DNA of 64,000 nt from the human T2T-CHM13v2.0 reference genome, Homo sapiens: assembly GCF_009914755.1 (NCBI RefSeq), contig NC_060925.1; one strand, 5' to 3'. Made by a program: the position numbers and the translations under genes. The notes below the pieces were generated by a model, which was not told the origin of the DNA, made no database searches, and saw nothing but the letters and a program-made list of their open reading frames with translations. Positions 31,994-46,584 of the stretch are shown here, piece by piece (position 1 is the stretch's first letter; every line of letters begins with the position of its first letter).

Positions 31994-33054
31994 CTGGAGA
32001 TAGCCAGGGAGGGGACAGGGAGGTCATGGGAGACCAGGGAATATGAGAGCCAGGCCCCAAACTATGGAGAAAGAAATGGGACCTGCAGGTGCTATATTTT
32101 GGGGATAGGGCTCTGGAGATGGAGGCAGGTAGCAGTACTCTGCTTTCCAGTCCCCTTGGGGGCCCTGCTGGAGGCAGGTTTTAATTGGCATGGGAGGAGT
32201 TTACATTTCTTACCAGCCTTACTGTAAGCCTGTTGCAGGCCACCTTTTGGTCCCTGTGGACATTTTGACGATCTCCCTTCTGCTGAGTCTACAGTGGTTT
32301 CCAACAGACAGTTTCCCACTTGTGGGTGTGCTGACCCTCGAGCCCTCCTTATCTAACCTTGACTTCCTCTCAGCTCAGACTCATCTTCCACGCAGCCCAC
32401 GCCCGGCCCCTCTGTTTCCCACCTTGGCGCCCTCCCACAGTCTTCTCTCCACTCTGTTCTGCTTTCTCTATCGTGCCCTCTCTTTATTTCAAAACCCCCT
32501 AGGCCTCCCCTTCCTCTTGCGTGAGCCCCTAATGACCTCCCTGCACATGTCCCAGTGCTACCTGTGGGTGGGCTGGGAGGCCCCTGTGTCATGCCTTTTG
32601 CCTCTGTGCTCTGTTTTATTTAGGATATGCACTCCCAAATGGTCCCTTTCTTTAGTCTTGTCCCCTACGACACCCCCTCACTCTGGCCCAATCCATTTTT
32701 CACTCTATAGCCAAAGTGTTCTTTTAAAATGGCAAATCCAAGTGTCTTAGCCAGTCCTCCAAGTCCCCTCATCATCTGACCTTCACTGGCCTTCCAAACC
32801 CATCTCTCATCATTACCCCACACACAACCTCTGGGCCTAACCTGTAACCCTGCTCCCAGCAGTGTATCCATTTTCACATTTCTTCTCTGGGCCTTAGCAT
32901 GTGCTCTTCCACTTGCCTGGAACGTGTTCCCTTCCCTCTCTTCACTTGGCTAATTCACCTTTCAGGTCTTAGCTTGGCTTAGATGGCCTTTCTCTTGGAA
33001 AACTTTCTCTGGTCAAAGTCTGGTTTAGGAGACTTGGTTCTATGGTCCCCATAA

Positions 33055-33808
<754 letters not shown>

Positions 33809-34111
33809 TGAATAAGTAAATGAGTTCCCCAACAGCTGGAATCCTGTTTATGTCCTCCTGCAGCTGACTGGGATCTTCCTGATATTCCATCCCCTCTATG
33901 GATGGGGCCTGGGTGTCCAGCCCAGATGTCTGGGTTCTGCGTGAAGGAGGTAAAAAGAACAGAGCCCTTGCTGAATGGCCTTGCGAGTCATGTCTGAGTA
34001 AGGACTAGGCTTGCCTGATGCTTTTCTGCTCAGACCCTTCCCCAGGAGAGACCCAGGGGGCAGGGGAGGGGAGCACAGTCCACAGGCTGCAGTGAAGGGA
34101 GGGCCACGCAC

Positions 34112-34269
34112 CTGCAGTGGACTACGATAGGCCCGGGGTGGGCGGCTGTCTCCGGGCTCTCCTCCACCTCTGCCACTAGGCGCAGCAGGGGCCCAGCTGA
34201 TTCTGGTGTCTGATGGTCTGGCCAGGCCGAAAAGAGGATGTGCTTTACTGACCGGCGCTCTTCCTGGTA
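34112..34269 (-). CDS. PTPN7: PTPN7 exon (WPD loop ... VVHC)
   Basis: FSAWPDHQTP and PIVVHC; 158 nt. Confidence 0.96.
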
Positions 34270-34627
34270 CTGGATTGGAGACAAGGCATGAGAACCAAGG
34301 TCAGGGTGGAGGGCACTGTCTACCTTCTTCTCTGGTGCCTGAGGAGGGCAAGGGCTGGAATTACCCTGTGGGGGGGTCATCTACTCAAAGCAAGCTAGGT
34401 TGCAATTTTCGTGCTCATTGTTCTCCACCACTTCCCCCTTCAAAATCCCGGGAAGGAGCATTGTCCTGGGAGAGGGGAGAGACCCAAATTCAAGCCCTGG
34501 CTCTGCTTCCCATAAGCACATGACTTTGGGCAAGTCCCTTGATCTCATTTTCTTCACCTGGAAAATGGGAACAGTGATATCTTACTGGTTTACTTGCCAG
34601 GATATTTGGAGGAGAATGAGTTGATAG

Positions 34628-35093
<466 letters not shown>

Positions 35094-35294
35094 TAGTCCT
35101 ATTTGGCTTATTGGCTCTGCCCTATTAGACTAGAGGCTGAGGACAGTGCTCAAGTTTCTCTTTCTGCTATAGATGTGGGTTTAAGATGGTTTAGAAGAGC
35201 AAACCCTTGGCTCCTAGTGAAGAGCCAGCCTGAGTCCCAGAGATGCTGTGGGCGGCCCAACTTCCCACTGGGCCTGGCTCCGGGGGGGTGGTAC

Positions 35295-35405
35295 CTGGAT
35301 GGTGAGCTGCCGCACAGTGTATTCTGGGCACTCTTTCATGTCCTGGATGCGGATCTGGAAGGGTCCATAGGTTTCCTCTTCTGTGGGCCAGTAGTGGACA
35401 CATTT
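35295..35405 (-). CDS. PTPN7: PTPN7 exon (KCVHYWP...LTIQ)
   Basis: KCxxYWP motif; 111 nt. Confidence 0.95.
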
Positions 35406-35611
35406 CTAGGAGGGAGGGAGCTGGGAGTCAGAAGAGGGTCAGCTGGAGCAGGTGACAGGGCAGCAGAGAGGGGCTGGTATCTCCTCCCCATCCTCCACCC
35501 CTACTGGATGGGAGGTCAGCAACAGGGAGCCTGGCTCTTCTGAGCTTGATACCTGCAAGCAGAGTGCTCACCCTATCCCGTATTTTGGCCATAGACAGCC
35601 TCCCAGGGCTA

Positions 35612-35977
<366 letters not shown>

Positions 35978-37102
35978 TCAGCCTGAAGCTGTGAACCACA
36001 CGTGTAGACGTACACATGCACGAACACGCACACTCAGAAGCCACATGATGGAAAGGATACGGGTTCTGGAATGAGGATCAGATCCCTGTTCTGCTGTTTC
36101 CTGGCTGTACCACTATAAGCCAGTTACCTAGCCTCCGTAAGCCTCAGTGGTATCATCTGTAAATTGGGCATAATAATATCTATCTTGTAGGAATGTAGAG
36201 TGGATTAAATTCAGTAAGATATATTGAGAGTCTAGCCGATAGCAAGTGCTCTATAAATGTTTATTCCCTTCCTCCCCTGCTGCTTTCTTCTAGCACAAAA
36301 TACCTAAACAGTGTTTAATATTTGTTCAGTGACAGTTTCACATTTACAGGTTACTACTTTTCTATGAAAGTAGTAGCAAAATGTAGCACACTCTCCCTAA
36401 CCTGATTTTCTCACCTTCAGGATCCTCAGCTTCCTGCTTCTCAAGATGGTGAAATCCAGACTGCAGTTGATCCGGTATTGGCCGGCAAATGTAAGATCAT
36501 GTTTCCCCATGGCTTCCCTAGCTAAGAGCTTTTCGCCTCCCTGCGCCCCTGACTGATGTCTTACCCACATTGAGTCACTAGAGAGCGCTGCTTTTACATC
36601 TCCTTAGGGCCCACAGCAGCGAGAAGCTGGCGTGGAACACCCACCTGGCCTGGAGCTTCCTATAGCTTGACGTCAATCAACCATCTTCATATAAGAGGGG
36701 CTATCTGAGGGGCAGTTAAGGTAAGTTGGCGGGGAGGTCCCATTAGTGCTGGCATCACCTATGCAGTTCTCGGGAGCTGTGAGCTCTTAAGCAGCTGGAG
36801 ATTGGGTTCAACAATGCTAACTTCCTGCTAAGTTTAGAGGGTGGCATGGGAGGACTGATAGTGGAGGTTAGGGAGACTTGGTGGTCTCTCCAGATATTTT
36901 TCAACATCTGCTCCGTTTTTTAGGTTGGTGTTTTGGGGCATGTTCAGTACCAGCCCAGCTTGGTAGGGCTATGACAGCAGTGAGCTGGAGCAGGGAGGGT
37001 AGGAAATGCAGGCACCTGATCCACCAGCCATGGCTGGAAGATATTCTCAGACGTCTGAGAATTCCCCCATTCCCCGCCCACCACTGCAGCCAGGCCACTC
37101 AC

Positions 37103-37179
37103 TCGGATGTAGTTGGCATTGATGTAATCTCCGTCCTCCTGGCTCTGTGCCCGGCCTAGACAGACACGGCTCTGGGGAT
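37103..37179 (-). CDS. PTPN7: PTPN7 exon (PQSRV...DYINANYIR)
   Basis: DYINAN motif; 77 nt. Confidence 0.96.
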
Positions 37180-37329
37180 CTAGGAAATAAAAATCAGCAG
37201 AGGTCAGAGGTCAGAAGGTGACCAACTAACACAGACTCAAGCAGGGTCAGAAAGAGGAGAGTTCCTGTGCTCATCACAGTCATAGCACCTTGTGTATAGC
37301 AGGTGGCCTTACACCCACTGAAGTTGTTG

Positions 37330-37643
37330 TTTTTGTTGTTGTTTTTAGAGACAGGGTCTCATTCTGTTGCCTAGGCTGGAGTGCAGTGGTGCGATCATAG
37401 CTCACTGTAACCTCTAACTCTTGGGCTCAAGTGATACTTTTGTCTCAGCCTTTGACATAGCTGGGACTATAGGCAAATGCCACCACACCTGGCTTGCTTA
37501 TTTATTTATTTATTTACGTTTTTTGTAGAGATTGGGTTTCACTTTGTTGCCCAAGCTGGTCTTGAATTTCTGACTTCAAGCAATTCTCCCACCTCAACCT
37601 CCCAAAGTGCTGAGATTACATGTGTGAGCCACCATGTCTGGCC
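37330..37643 (-). mobile_element. AluJ-like
   Basis: Alu consensus. Confidence 0.9.
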
Positions 37644-38688
37644 CCTATTGAAGTATTTTATACGCAGACAGTAGGAAGCTGTATAATGTTTTTGAGCAGG
37701 AGAGTGACATGATCAAAACAATAGTTTGGGAAGATTAACTGAGTGGTGCTGTATAGGATGGACTAGAGAAGAAAGGGAACGGAACAGCAGAGACCAAATG
37801 GGAAGATACAATATTAGATATAATATTCTAATAGATACAGTATTCTATCCTTGAGATCAGTACAGGTTTAGAACAAGATTATGCCACTAGGGATGGAAAA
37901 AGAGATGTAGAGGAAGAAGAATTTGTTTTCTAATGGTGAATATGGGATTCACATGAGCAACTTGCCAGATATCACATAGCTGTGAAGTGGGACTAGGACT
38001 CAGATTCCGCTCAGCCACGAGGCATTTGGCCTCTGCCTCTAAGGGGGAAGGATTTCTCTAAATGAAACCCAAACATGGATGAAGAAGCTGGCTTGTGAGG
38101 AAAGGAGAAGAGACTCTCGCTCTGCTCATGCCAGCCTGGTCATGGACAGAAGGTACCCTGGGGACCAGGGGAATCTCAGGCAAAGGAATTTTTCCCTTTT
38201 CTGGTGGCTGCAGGGCTGATTAGAATTAGGCCAAGAACAAGGGCTACTCCTCCCCCTGGCCTGGAATAGCGCTAATAGCACCTTGATCCGCCCATGCAGG
38301 CAGAGGACACTCCAGGAGGGTTAGCAGGAGACAGGGCCCGGGTGCTCACTGAGCTAAAGCCTCAAGCTGGGAGTAGCTTCCCTGTAGGGAGAGCAGGGGA
38401 GGGAGGGAGAGGCTCCGGGGCCTCACGCCTGCCTCCGAAAAATAGAAGGTGCTTGCTCCGGGTCTGCCAGTTTGCAGGGTCACCCCCTCCTAGCACAGTG
38501 TCCTCCCTCCCCGCCTCCACTGCTCTCTTGCTGGCCGTTGCCCTGTCTCCATCTGACTTTCTCAAAGCCATCTCTCTGGGAGCCCTCCTGGTGGTGCTTC
38601 CTTCACTGCAAGCCTTGGCTGGGCATTTCCCATGCAAGAGGAAGACAGGGAAAGGGGCTTGGTGCAAGTAGCTAAGTTGAATATCTTA

Positions 38689-39286
<598 letters not shown>

Positions 39287-39308
39287 TCATCCCAGCAGCA
39301 GTTCTTAC

Positions 39309-39393
39309 TTGGCAAGATGGTCTTGTATCGGTCCTTGGAGGCGTGGCCAGGGATGTCCAGGTCTTCGGGGCTGACAAAGTTTGAAGGGATCTT
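39309..39393 (-). CDS. PTPN7: PTPN7 exon (KIPSNF...KDRYKTILP)
   Basis: pTyr-recognition loop KDRY; 85 nt. Confidence 0.95.
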
Positions 39394-39687
39394 CTGGCAG
39401 GGGGAGGAAATGGGTGAGCAGCTGACTCCTAGCCTCCTTTTCTCTCCTTCTACCTTTTTCTAGAACAGCTGGACTCTGGCCATTCCTTCTTGACAATAGT
39501 ATGTAGGCCTAGATGGGGTGGGGGCAGAAGGGGAAGCCTGGGGGCAGCCCCTCCCTCAGCCCTGAAGTTCTCTTTCCTAAGGGGCCCAAAGGGGAGACTT
39601 GCCCAGGGTGCCCGTGAGAGAATGGTTCCAGCTGGCTGCCTCTGATACAGAGGGCAGAGCGATTCAGAGGGGACCCCAATTTCTTAC

Positions 39688-39871
39688 CAAGAATTCTTCT
39701 TCCAGTTGCTTGGGGCTGGGTGGCTGGCGCTGAAGGGCCCAGCGGGTAAGGGGGTGTCCAGCAGTGCGCAGAAAGTGTAGGGTGACCTCCCGGGGTGTGT
39801 TCACAGAGCAGATGGGTTCTACGGCCCCCAGGGACCGAACGTCCAGCATCAGAGCCACATTGGAGCCCCGC
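39688..39871 (-). CDS. PTPN7: PTPN7 exon 3 (rest of KIM, KIS)
   Basis: RGSNVALMLDV completes the MAPK-docking KIM (LQERRGSNVALMLDV); 184 nt. Confidence 0.96.
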
Positions 39872-39924
39872 CTGCAGGCATAGCCCACCACTGCCTAGTG
39901 AGCACCCAATCATATTTGCTTTTC

Positions 39925-40492
39925 TTTTCTTTTTATCTTTTCTTTTAGAGATAGGGTCTCTCTCTGTTGCCCAGGTCTGGAGTGTGATGGCACTATTATG
40001 GCTCACAGCAGCCTCAAACTCCTGGGCTGAAGCAATCCTCCCACCTCAGCCTCCAGAGTAACTGGGACCACAGGTACATGCTACCACACCTGGCTAATTT
40101 AAGTTTTTTTTTTTTTTGGAGAGACAGTGTCTTGTTCTGTTGCTCAGGCTGGTTTTGAACTCCTGGGCTCAAGTGATCCTTCTGCCTTGGCTTCCCAAAG
40201 TGCTGGGATTATAGGCATGAGCCACTGTGCCTGACCATATTTGCTTTTCTTACAAGTATTACTGTTATAAGGCACCTCTGAGGGGGCCGCTCTTTATCTT
40301 TCCTTTAACCTGGTAGCCCAGTAAATTTAGGGTTTGGGCCCCTGCTGTGTGCCCTCTTTTTTTTTTTTTTTTTGAGAGAGAGGAGGTCTCACTATATTGC
40401 CTAGGCCGGTCTCTAATTCCTGGACTCAGGAGATCCTCTCACCTCAGCCTCCCAAAGTGCTGGGATTTTGGGCATGAGCTACCATGCCTGGC
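39925..40492 (-). mobile_element. AluJ (39925-40236) and an Alu monomer (40356-40492)
   Basis: Alu consensus. Confidence 0.88.
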
Positions 40493-40850
40493 TCAGCCCT
40501 CTCCCTTTGTCAGCCAGAACAGGGCAGCCTTGAACTCAACTGCTCCTTCCAGCTGCCTGCCTCTTCCCACTCCCAGCCAGGCCCTGTGGCTCCGACATGC
40601 ATCCAGCACCAAGAAGGCTGTGGGCCTTGCCTGGAATTTAGGGAGCAGGCTCATGGTTGATATGAAACTCTGTGCTCCAGACATGCAAAAGACATGCAAA
40701 TGAGCACTACTGGTTTCCTTTCCAAATTGGAGTCAACAACTGAGGGCCCTCTGGACCCTGCTGTCAGAGCTGGAGGGGCAGATGGAAGGAAGGGAGGAGC
40801 GGAATGGGGGCTCAGGGCTCGGAAGACCCCTCCCCCAGGGAAGATCTCAC

Positions 40851-40972
40851 CTCTCCTGCAGTCGCACATGCTTCTTGGCTGGCGTTTTTTCAGGCGGAGG
40901 CTGGGTCATGGCTGCCCCCAAAGACAAGGTCAACGGCTGTGCTCTGGAGCGCCCCCCATGGGCTTGGACCAT
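40851..40972 (-). CDS. PTPN7: PTPN7 exon 2 coding part, 360-aa isoform (MVQAHGG...LQER)
   Basis: ATG 40970-40972; GTGAGA donor; exons sum to 1083 nt = 360 aa. Exon starts at 41024 after a TTTCAG acceptor; in-frame ATG at 41087-41089 gives 399 aa. Confidence 0.93.
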
Positions 40973-42114
40973 GCTGAGGTGGGGTGCTGGGCCCAGGGGA
41001 GGCTCACTCAGCCATGAGGTCTGCCTGAAAGACAGGGCCCTCCGCTGCTGTTCTCTGGCCTGCCTGATTGGCCAGAAGGAGGCTCCCATGCCAGGCCAGG
41101 TTTGCACTCTGTTTTCACTGGGGCGTCTTCTGTTCCCCAAGAGGTGGCCTCATTTTCACTAAGGGAAGGACAGGATCTATTTGGTGGGACCCAGGGCAGA
41201 AGGCAGTCTCGGGGTAGAGTAACGGCAAGATAAAGGGTAGAGATTGTGGATGAAGATAGGAAAGAATCCAGAAGGAGGAAAAGAGAGAGGGGAGAGAGGC
41301 CACACACCAGAGTACACAGGGCTCTGAGCAGGTCCAAGTGGGAGAAGGCAAGGGAGGAAACAGAAAATATGTGTTCTCTAGGACGGAAGGGAGAAAGCAC
41401 GCAGAAGCCATCTCTGAGCTAACCAGTGGGCCTTCCCCTGAACAGAGAATGGAGGCCTCCAGCAGTGTTGGAGCTGGTTGGGCAGCCAGGCAGGCGGGCT
41501 CCTGGACCCCAGCAGGGTCCTCTCCTAACTGCTGCTGTTCCACTCCCAGGTCTGTTTCTGGCTTCTGGGGTCTCTGTCCAGGGAGGTAGGCTGGAGGTGT
41601 TTCCTTCCTCCTCCTGCCCATCCCCCCGTCTCCCGCCTCTGTAACCGTCACAGGAAATGGCCTCACCAAGCCCTTGAACGACAGCGCATGGTGAGGCGAC
41701 AGCTGGGGGCAAGACAGGAGGCATGGAGGTGGTGGGACCATCTCCTCTTGGGGGCAGTCCCTATCTCCCAGAGCCAGGGTCACAGTGGGCGAGGTGGCGG
41801 GGGTGTTGAATCACCAAGGCAGCAGGGACGGAGGTGAGGGGACAGAATGGGCCTGGCACAGGTGTGAGTGGTAGAGCGAGGGTCTCTGGTAGCAGAAAAG
41901 GTCCCTTCAGCCTCTGCTCTCCTTGTAGCTCCCTGTGGCTTCCCTGCTCACCCCCGTCTTGGGGACATCAGGTCTGTGAGCACCCATACCCCAGCCAGGC
42001 ACTGTGGCGCCCCACTCGCCCTCCCGCACTCCCTCCTAGAGATGCCCTCTTATATCCCCGGAGTTCGCACCCCCCGGGGCCACAGGACTCCCAGTCCCCC
42101 CTTCAGATACTTAC

Positions 42115-42377
42115 TGAAGCAGCTGTGGCCCCCAGGCTGCCTCTTGCCAGCTGTCTGTCTGTCTGTCGGTCTGTCTTTGAGGGCTGAGAAGGCTCCAGGA
42201 AGCCAGCTTCCTCCCTCCGCCCCTCCTTGCTGCCACCCACGCACACCCCAGCTGCATTCTGCCCTCCTGTGCCTGCTGCCGCTGCCACCAGGGGTCGGCT
42301 GCCTCCCGCCTGTGCCCTTCTGGGGCCCAAGGCCCCGTTCCCTGGGAATGGGTGAGGGGCCAGGCCTTCCCGACCAT
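42115..42377 (-). CDS. PTPN7: PTPN7 exon 1; potential N-terminal extension (465-aa isoform)
   Basis: ATG 42375-42377; GTAAGT donor 42109-42114 joins in frame (CA|G) to exon 2 at 41024; 88+17+360 = 465 aa. Confidence 0.7.
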
Positions 42378-42578
42378 CCTGCTTTCCCCAGCTTCCAGAC
42401 CCTCTCCCCTCTTCTGTGTTTCTCCTCTGGGTCTTTGTCACATCCAGCCGCTGCCTACTTGCTGGGCACAGCTCGCCTGACCCCCAGCTCTGTGCTGTCC
42501 CACAAAGAACCCAAGGCTCTCCTGCTCAACCTGACCTTGGCCGGAGGCTTATTTCTCCTTCTCTGCTTCTGCCCCACA

Positions 42579-42628
42579 GCCCTCTCCCTCAAGGCCCTCT
42601 CCCTCAAGGCCCTCTCCCTCAAAGCCCT
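42579..42628. repeat. 15-bp tandem repeat x3.3 upstream of PTPN7
   Basis: gccctctccctcaa(g/a) x3 plus gccct. Confidence 0.95.
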
Positions 42629-44148
42629 TGCTGCTTCAAGCCTTGGGAATTCATGGCCAAGCACAGACCACATCTTCCCAGAGCAGATGTGGCACAGACT
42701 CGGGGTGGGGAAAAAGAAGAAGCAAGAATCCATGCCTCACAATGTGAAGGAAAGGGCCGGGGCCAGGCCAAAAAGGTCGTCTCCACGCCTGTGCCACGGC
42801 CCAGCTCTCCACAGCCCACGGCCTGAGTGTAGGCCAGCCCAGCAGGAAGCAGATAGCAGAGTCCACTTGTGGGAGGGAGTCCGAGGGGCTTCCCCTGGGC
42901 CCTCAGCCCCCTGCAGGCCTCCTCCCAGAACCCTGACATCTACTTAGAAGACTTACAGACAGTGGACAGTCTCTGGCCCTCACACCAGGGGACTCCCATG
43001 TCCTCTTCGCTGCTGGGGTGCCTGGATGCCTGGGACCTGAAGGGTGGCCCCCAAGTCCAAGACTCCTCTGCCCACTGCCCCTGCCTGACCTTGGCAGGCT
43101 CCTTGCGGGCCAGCAGCCCAGCCGGTTCATGCTCGCTGCACGCCTCCTTTTACCTTGTAACATTTCAAACGCCCTTCCCTTCCCGGCCCCCAACATGCAC
43201 AATCCACGTCCTCTTTCTTCCTCCCACTTCCCTGATTCAGCTGTCAAATGGTGACAGCAAAAAAGAAATGAGGTACCCTAGGCACAGGGGGTAGGCATGC
43301 CGGAGGGGGTGGTCGGGAGGGGGCTGGCCTTCTGCTGGCCCCTTGAGGAGGAGGGTTGAGACGAAGAACAAGAACAGCCCCCAGAGGCTCAGAAGGCCTC
43401 CCAGCACCCGCCCTTGCTCTTGGCAGTGGGGACAGGGGCTGGCTCTTTTTTGAGCCCCTCCATGGCCAGCTGATCCTGGCACCTCCTTCCCTGCAGCCTG
43501 CGTTCCTCTCCGGAGTGGGTGGGTTTCCCTGAGGAGGAGGCCGATTAGGGCTGGGAAAGGGGTTGGTTCCCGTGCTCAGGACAGACTGGAGGGAAGCAGG
43601 AACCTGGGAATCCCTAACATGCTTGCGAGCAGTGACCTGGAGACTGGCCTCTGCCTCACCCCCCACACCAGTCAGTGTTTCCACTGGTGGGTAGTGGGGG
43701 CCCTGGGGACACAGGAGGGGGCAGGTGGGGGTTGGAAAGAGGGCCCGGCTCTGAGCCTATGCTGATTGTTATCAAGAACAGGAAGCTAGGACACCACAGG
43801 GGTGGGAGGAGGAAGCGGCAAAGCCCTCCCCACACAGGTCTGCCTGGTCCCCCCAAGTTTCCAGGGTCTGAGCCCTGTTGGCTGTGAGCCCACCCCTTTC
43901 CCCCACAGACTGAGGCCTAGCAGTGGCTGGACAGTTGGAAGCTGAGCTTCACAGCAAGGAAGCTGGGAGCCAGGCGATGGGGAAGATAGTTGGGGTTGGG
44001 GGTGGGGGTAGTGGCTGAGCATTAGGCAAGACCTCTCAAAGATCCCCTGTTCCCTCTGGGTGGATGTGGGGTAGAGGGGACAGTCACTCCTTGGCTCCTG
44101 CCCACTCCTTCTTCCCCTGTGCTTAGGGATACCTGGACATCCATGGAG

Positions 44149-45041
44149 GTGTGTGGCCAGAGCTCATGAGGGCTGAGGATGCCAACTGCAACCTCAGATG
44201 GCACAAGACATGCGTCATCGCCCTGCACCTCCCCCTCCCCAGCCTGGCCTGGTGACTTGGGACGCCCCTCTCTGCCCTCTCTGGAGTGGACTCTGTCCCA
44301 TCCGGGCTGTTGGAAGGCTCCTGGGCGTGACTCCCTCTCCCCTCCAGAACCTTCCCACCCCTGGGGCCAAAAGGTCACAGCAGCTCTCAAACTTCCATCA
44401 CTCGAATCGATTTGTGTTCCTGGGTTGAGATTTAGGTTCTAGCCACCCTCGACTCCAGAGAAAGTATAGTAATAGTTGGAAATCAGAAAGATCTATGCAT
44501 AATGAGTCTAAACGTAGCTTATTAACTGTGTGACCTTGGGCAAATTGCTGAGTCTCAGGCTCCTCCTCAGCTTCCTCCCTCCACTGGGGGATGATCATAG
44601 CACCTCCCTTGTCAGCCCATGGTGTGCTTTGCTCACGGAGGAGAGGTTGGGAGTCAGCAGCCAGAGGACCGAGGAGCTGGGAGGAGCTGGCTGGGGAAGT
44701 GGGTCTGGGAGCAGCACAGGGTGAGGAGGTCATGGCTGCCGGGTCTCACCTCTCACCAGCCTCCCTCTTCCTCCTCACTGCTGACTTTCTCCCTGAACCC
44801 GGGCTGCCGGGGCACTTCCAGCCGAGCACTGAGGAAGTGCAGGAAGGAGTCACTCCCAGGGGTCTCCCAGCATCCCGGGTGGGACAGAGTCCACTCCAGG
44901 GAGGACAAAGAGGGGTGTCCCAAGCCACCAGGCCAGGCTGGGGAGGGACTGGTGCAGGGCATGATGCATCTTGAGAGTCAGCCTTGTCCCATCTGAGGCT
45001 GTGGTGGGTGCCCTCAGCCCTCCCAAGCTCTGGCCACACAC
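44149..45041. repeat. Diverged inverted repeat, arms 44149-44334 and 44846-45041
   Basis: Arm 1 ccctccccagcctggcctggtg...ctggagtggactctgtccca matches the reverse complement of arm 2. Confidence 0.9.
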
Positions 45042-46584
45042 GTCTTGACTCTCTTGTTTTCCCCTCTAGTGATTCCCAGTTCCAGGGCTGTGAGCCGCAG
45101 CTCCCTGCCCCAAGTGTCAGAAGCGCCCCCCTCCCTAGCCCAGGCCCGGGGAAAGGCGGACATTACATCTGGAATTCCCAGAAGTCGTTGCTCTTTGCCA
45201 GCCCCTAGGGAGTAGGGAGCTCCTTGCTGGGGAGCAGTTGGCCCCCAGAGGCAAAGGCTGCCACCTTTTAACAATCCAAGGGGAGGATCCTGGGGAGAGA
45301 GTCAGCTGCCTGGGGCCAGGACTGCTGGGTCCTGCACACTCCAGCTGCTCTGCCCCCTTCCTAGCTGCCCTCCTCGGCTCCTCTCTGGAGAAGCACTAGG
45401 ATCTCGGGTGGCTGTTCCTCCATCCTTCCCACCCCCAAAACCCTAGGCCAGCCTGAGCTGGCTTGTTCTGCCCCAACTTTGTAGGCCCTGGCTTGTTCCT
45501 GTTTGTGTCGGGGAGACAGAAACACCAAGAACTGGATCTGGGAAGCCTCATCCCACAGGAAGCAGGGAGACAGCAGGGGAGACAGGGTGAGTGGGGCAGG
45601 GAAGTGCTGTTAAGGGCATGGGATAAGTCCAGGCTGACCAGAGTGACAACTGCACCCCTGTCTCAAAGCTTCAACCCTGTGCCGGGCCAGCTAGGGACCT
45701 CCTGCTACCTTTTGGATGAAGGGGAACATCCCATACCCTTTACCCCTGGCTGAGAGGACCAGTAATCCAGCCCTGCTTGGCACTGGGATGCCAGGGCCAG
45801 CCTGCCAGGAGGTCCAGGAAAGTGCCTGGTTCTTTGCCCGATGCTGGAACTCAGGACCCTGGCAGGAAGGTTTTAGGATAGAAGAGTCCCTCCCTCTCTC
45901 CCAAGCCCAGAGCCAGCCAAATGGACATCTATTCTACAATGTGGCCTTTTCTTCCCAGGGGCTCCCGTCTCCCTCCCGCTCTGTGTTGTCCCCGGACACC
46001 CACTCATACATCCATCCAGACAGGTGTGTACACCCTCATGGCCCACGTTTGCACAAATGCACATGCACAGTGTCAATCCACACATGACCAGCCCCTCCCC
46101 TGCTCTCCCATGGCCTGGTCAGGGGGACCTAGGCCTTCCCCCACTCCCTGGCCACCTTCCCCATAGTATAGGCAGCAGGGGGAGTGGGCGACTTGGCTGT
46201 CCTGAGCCACCCTGCCCCTCTGCTGCCCGGTGATTATCTTCCTCCAGTGTGGGGGCTGCCCAAGGCCAGGCTTCAGGCTGTGGGAGAGCAGGGAGGGGCC
46301 GGAAGAGCGCTGCCTGGGACAGCTGTAGGCCAGGCCAGTTCACATTTGGAAGCCAGCACTCCCAGACCTGCCCCTTGCTCTCTCCTCTGCCTCCTGGCTG
46401 GCTCTCTCCAGAAGGAATCAGTAAGGTGCCCTGAGACCTCAGGGTAGCGGGGGGGAACCCCAGGGGTTCTCTAGGGAGAGGATGTGGGTTTGTCTGTGGG
46501 GGTGGTTGCTGGGGAGGAGATACAGCCCTCGTGGTACCTTTTCTTTTGCTGAATGGAGACGTTTGGGCTGGGGAGGCTGCTGCT

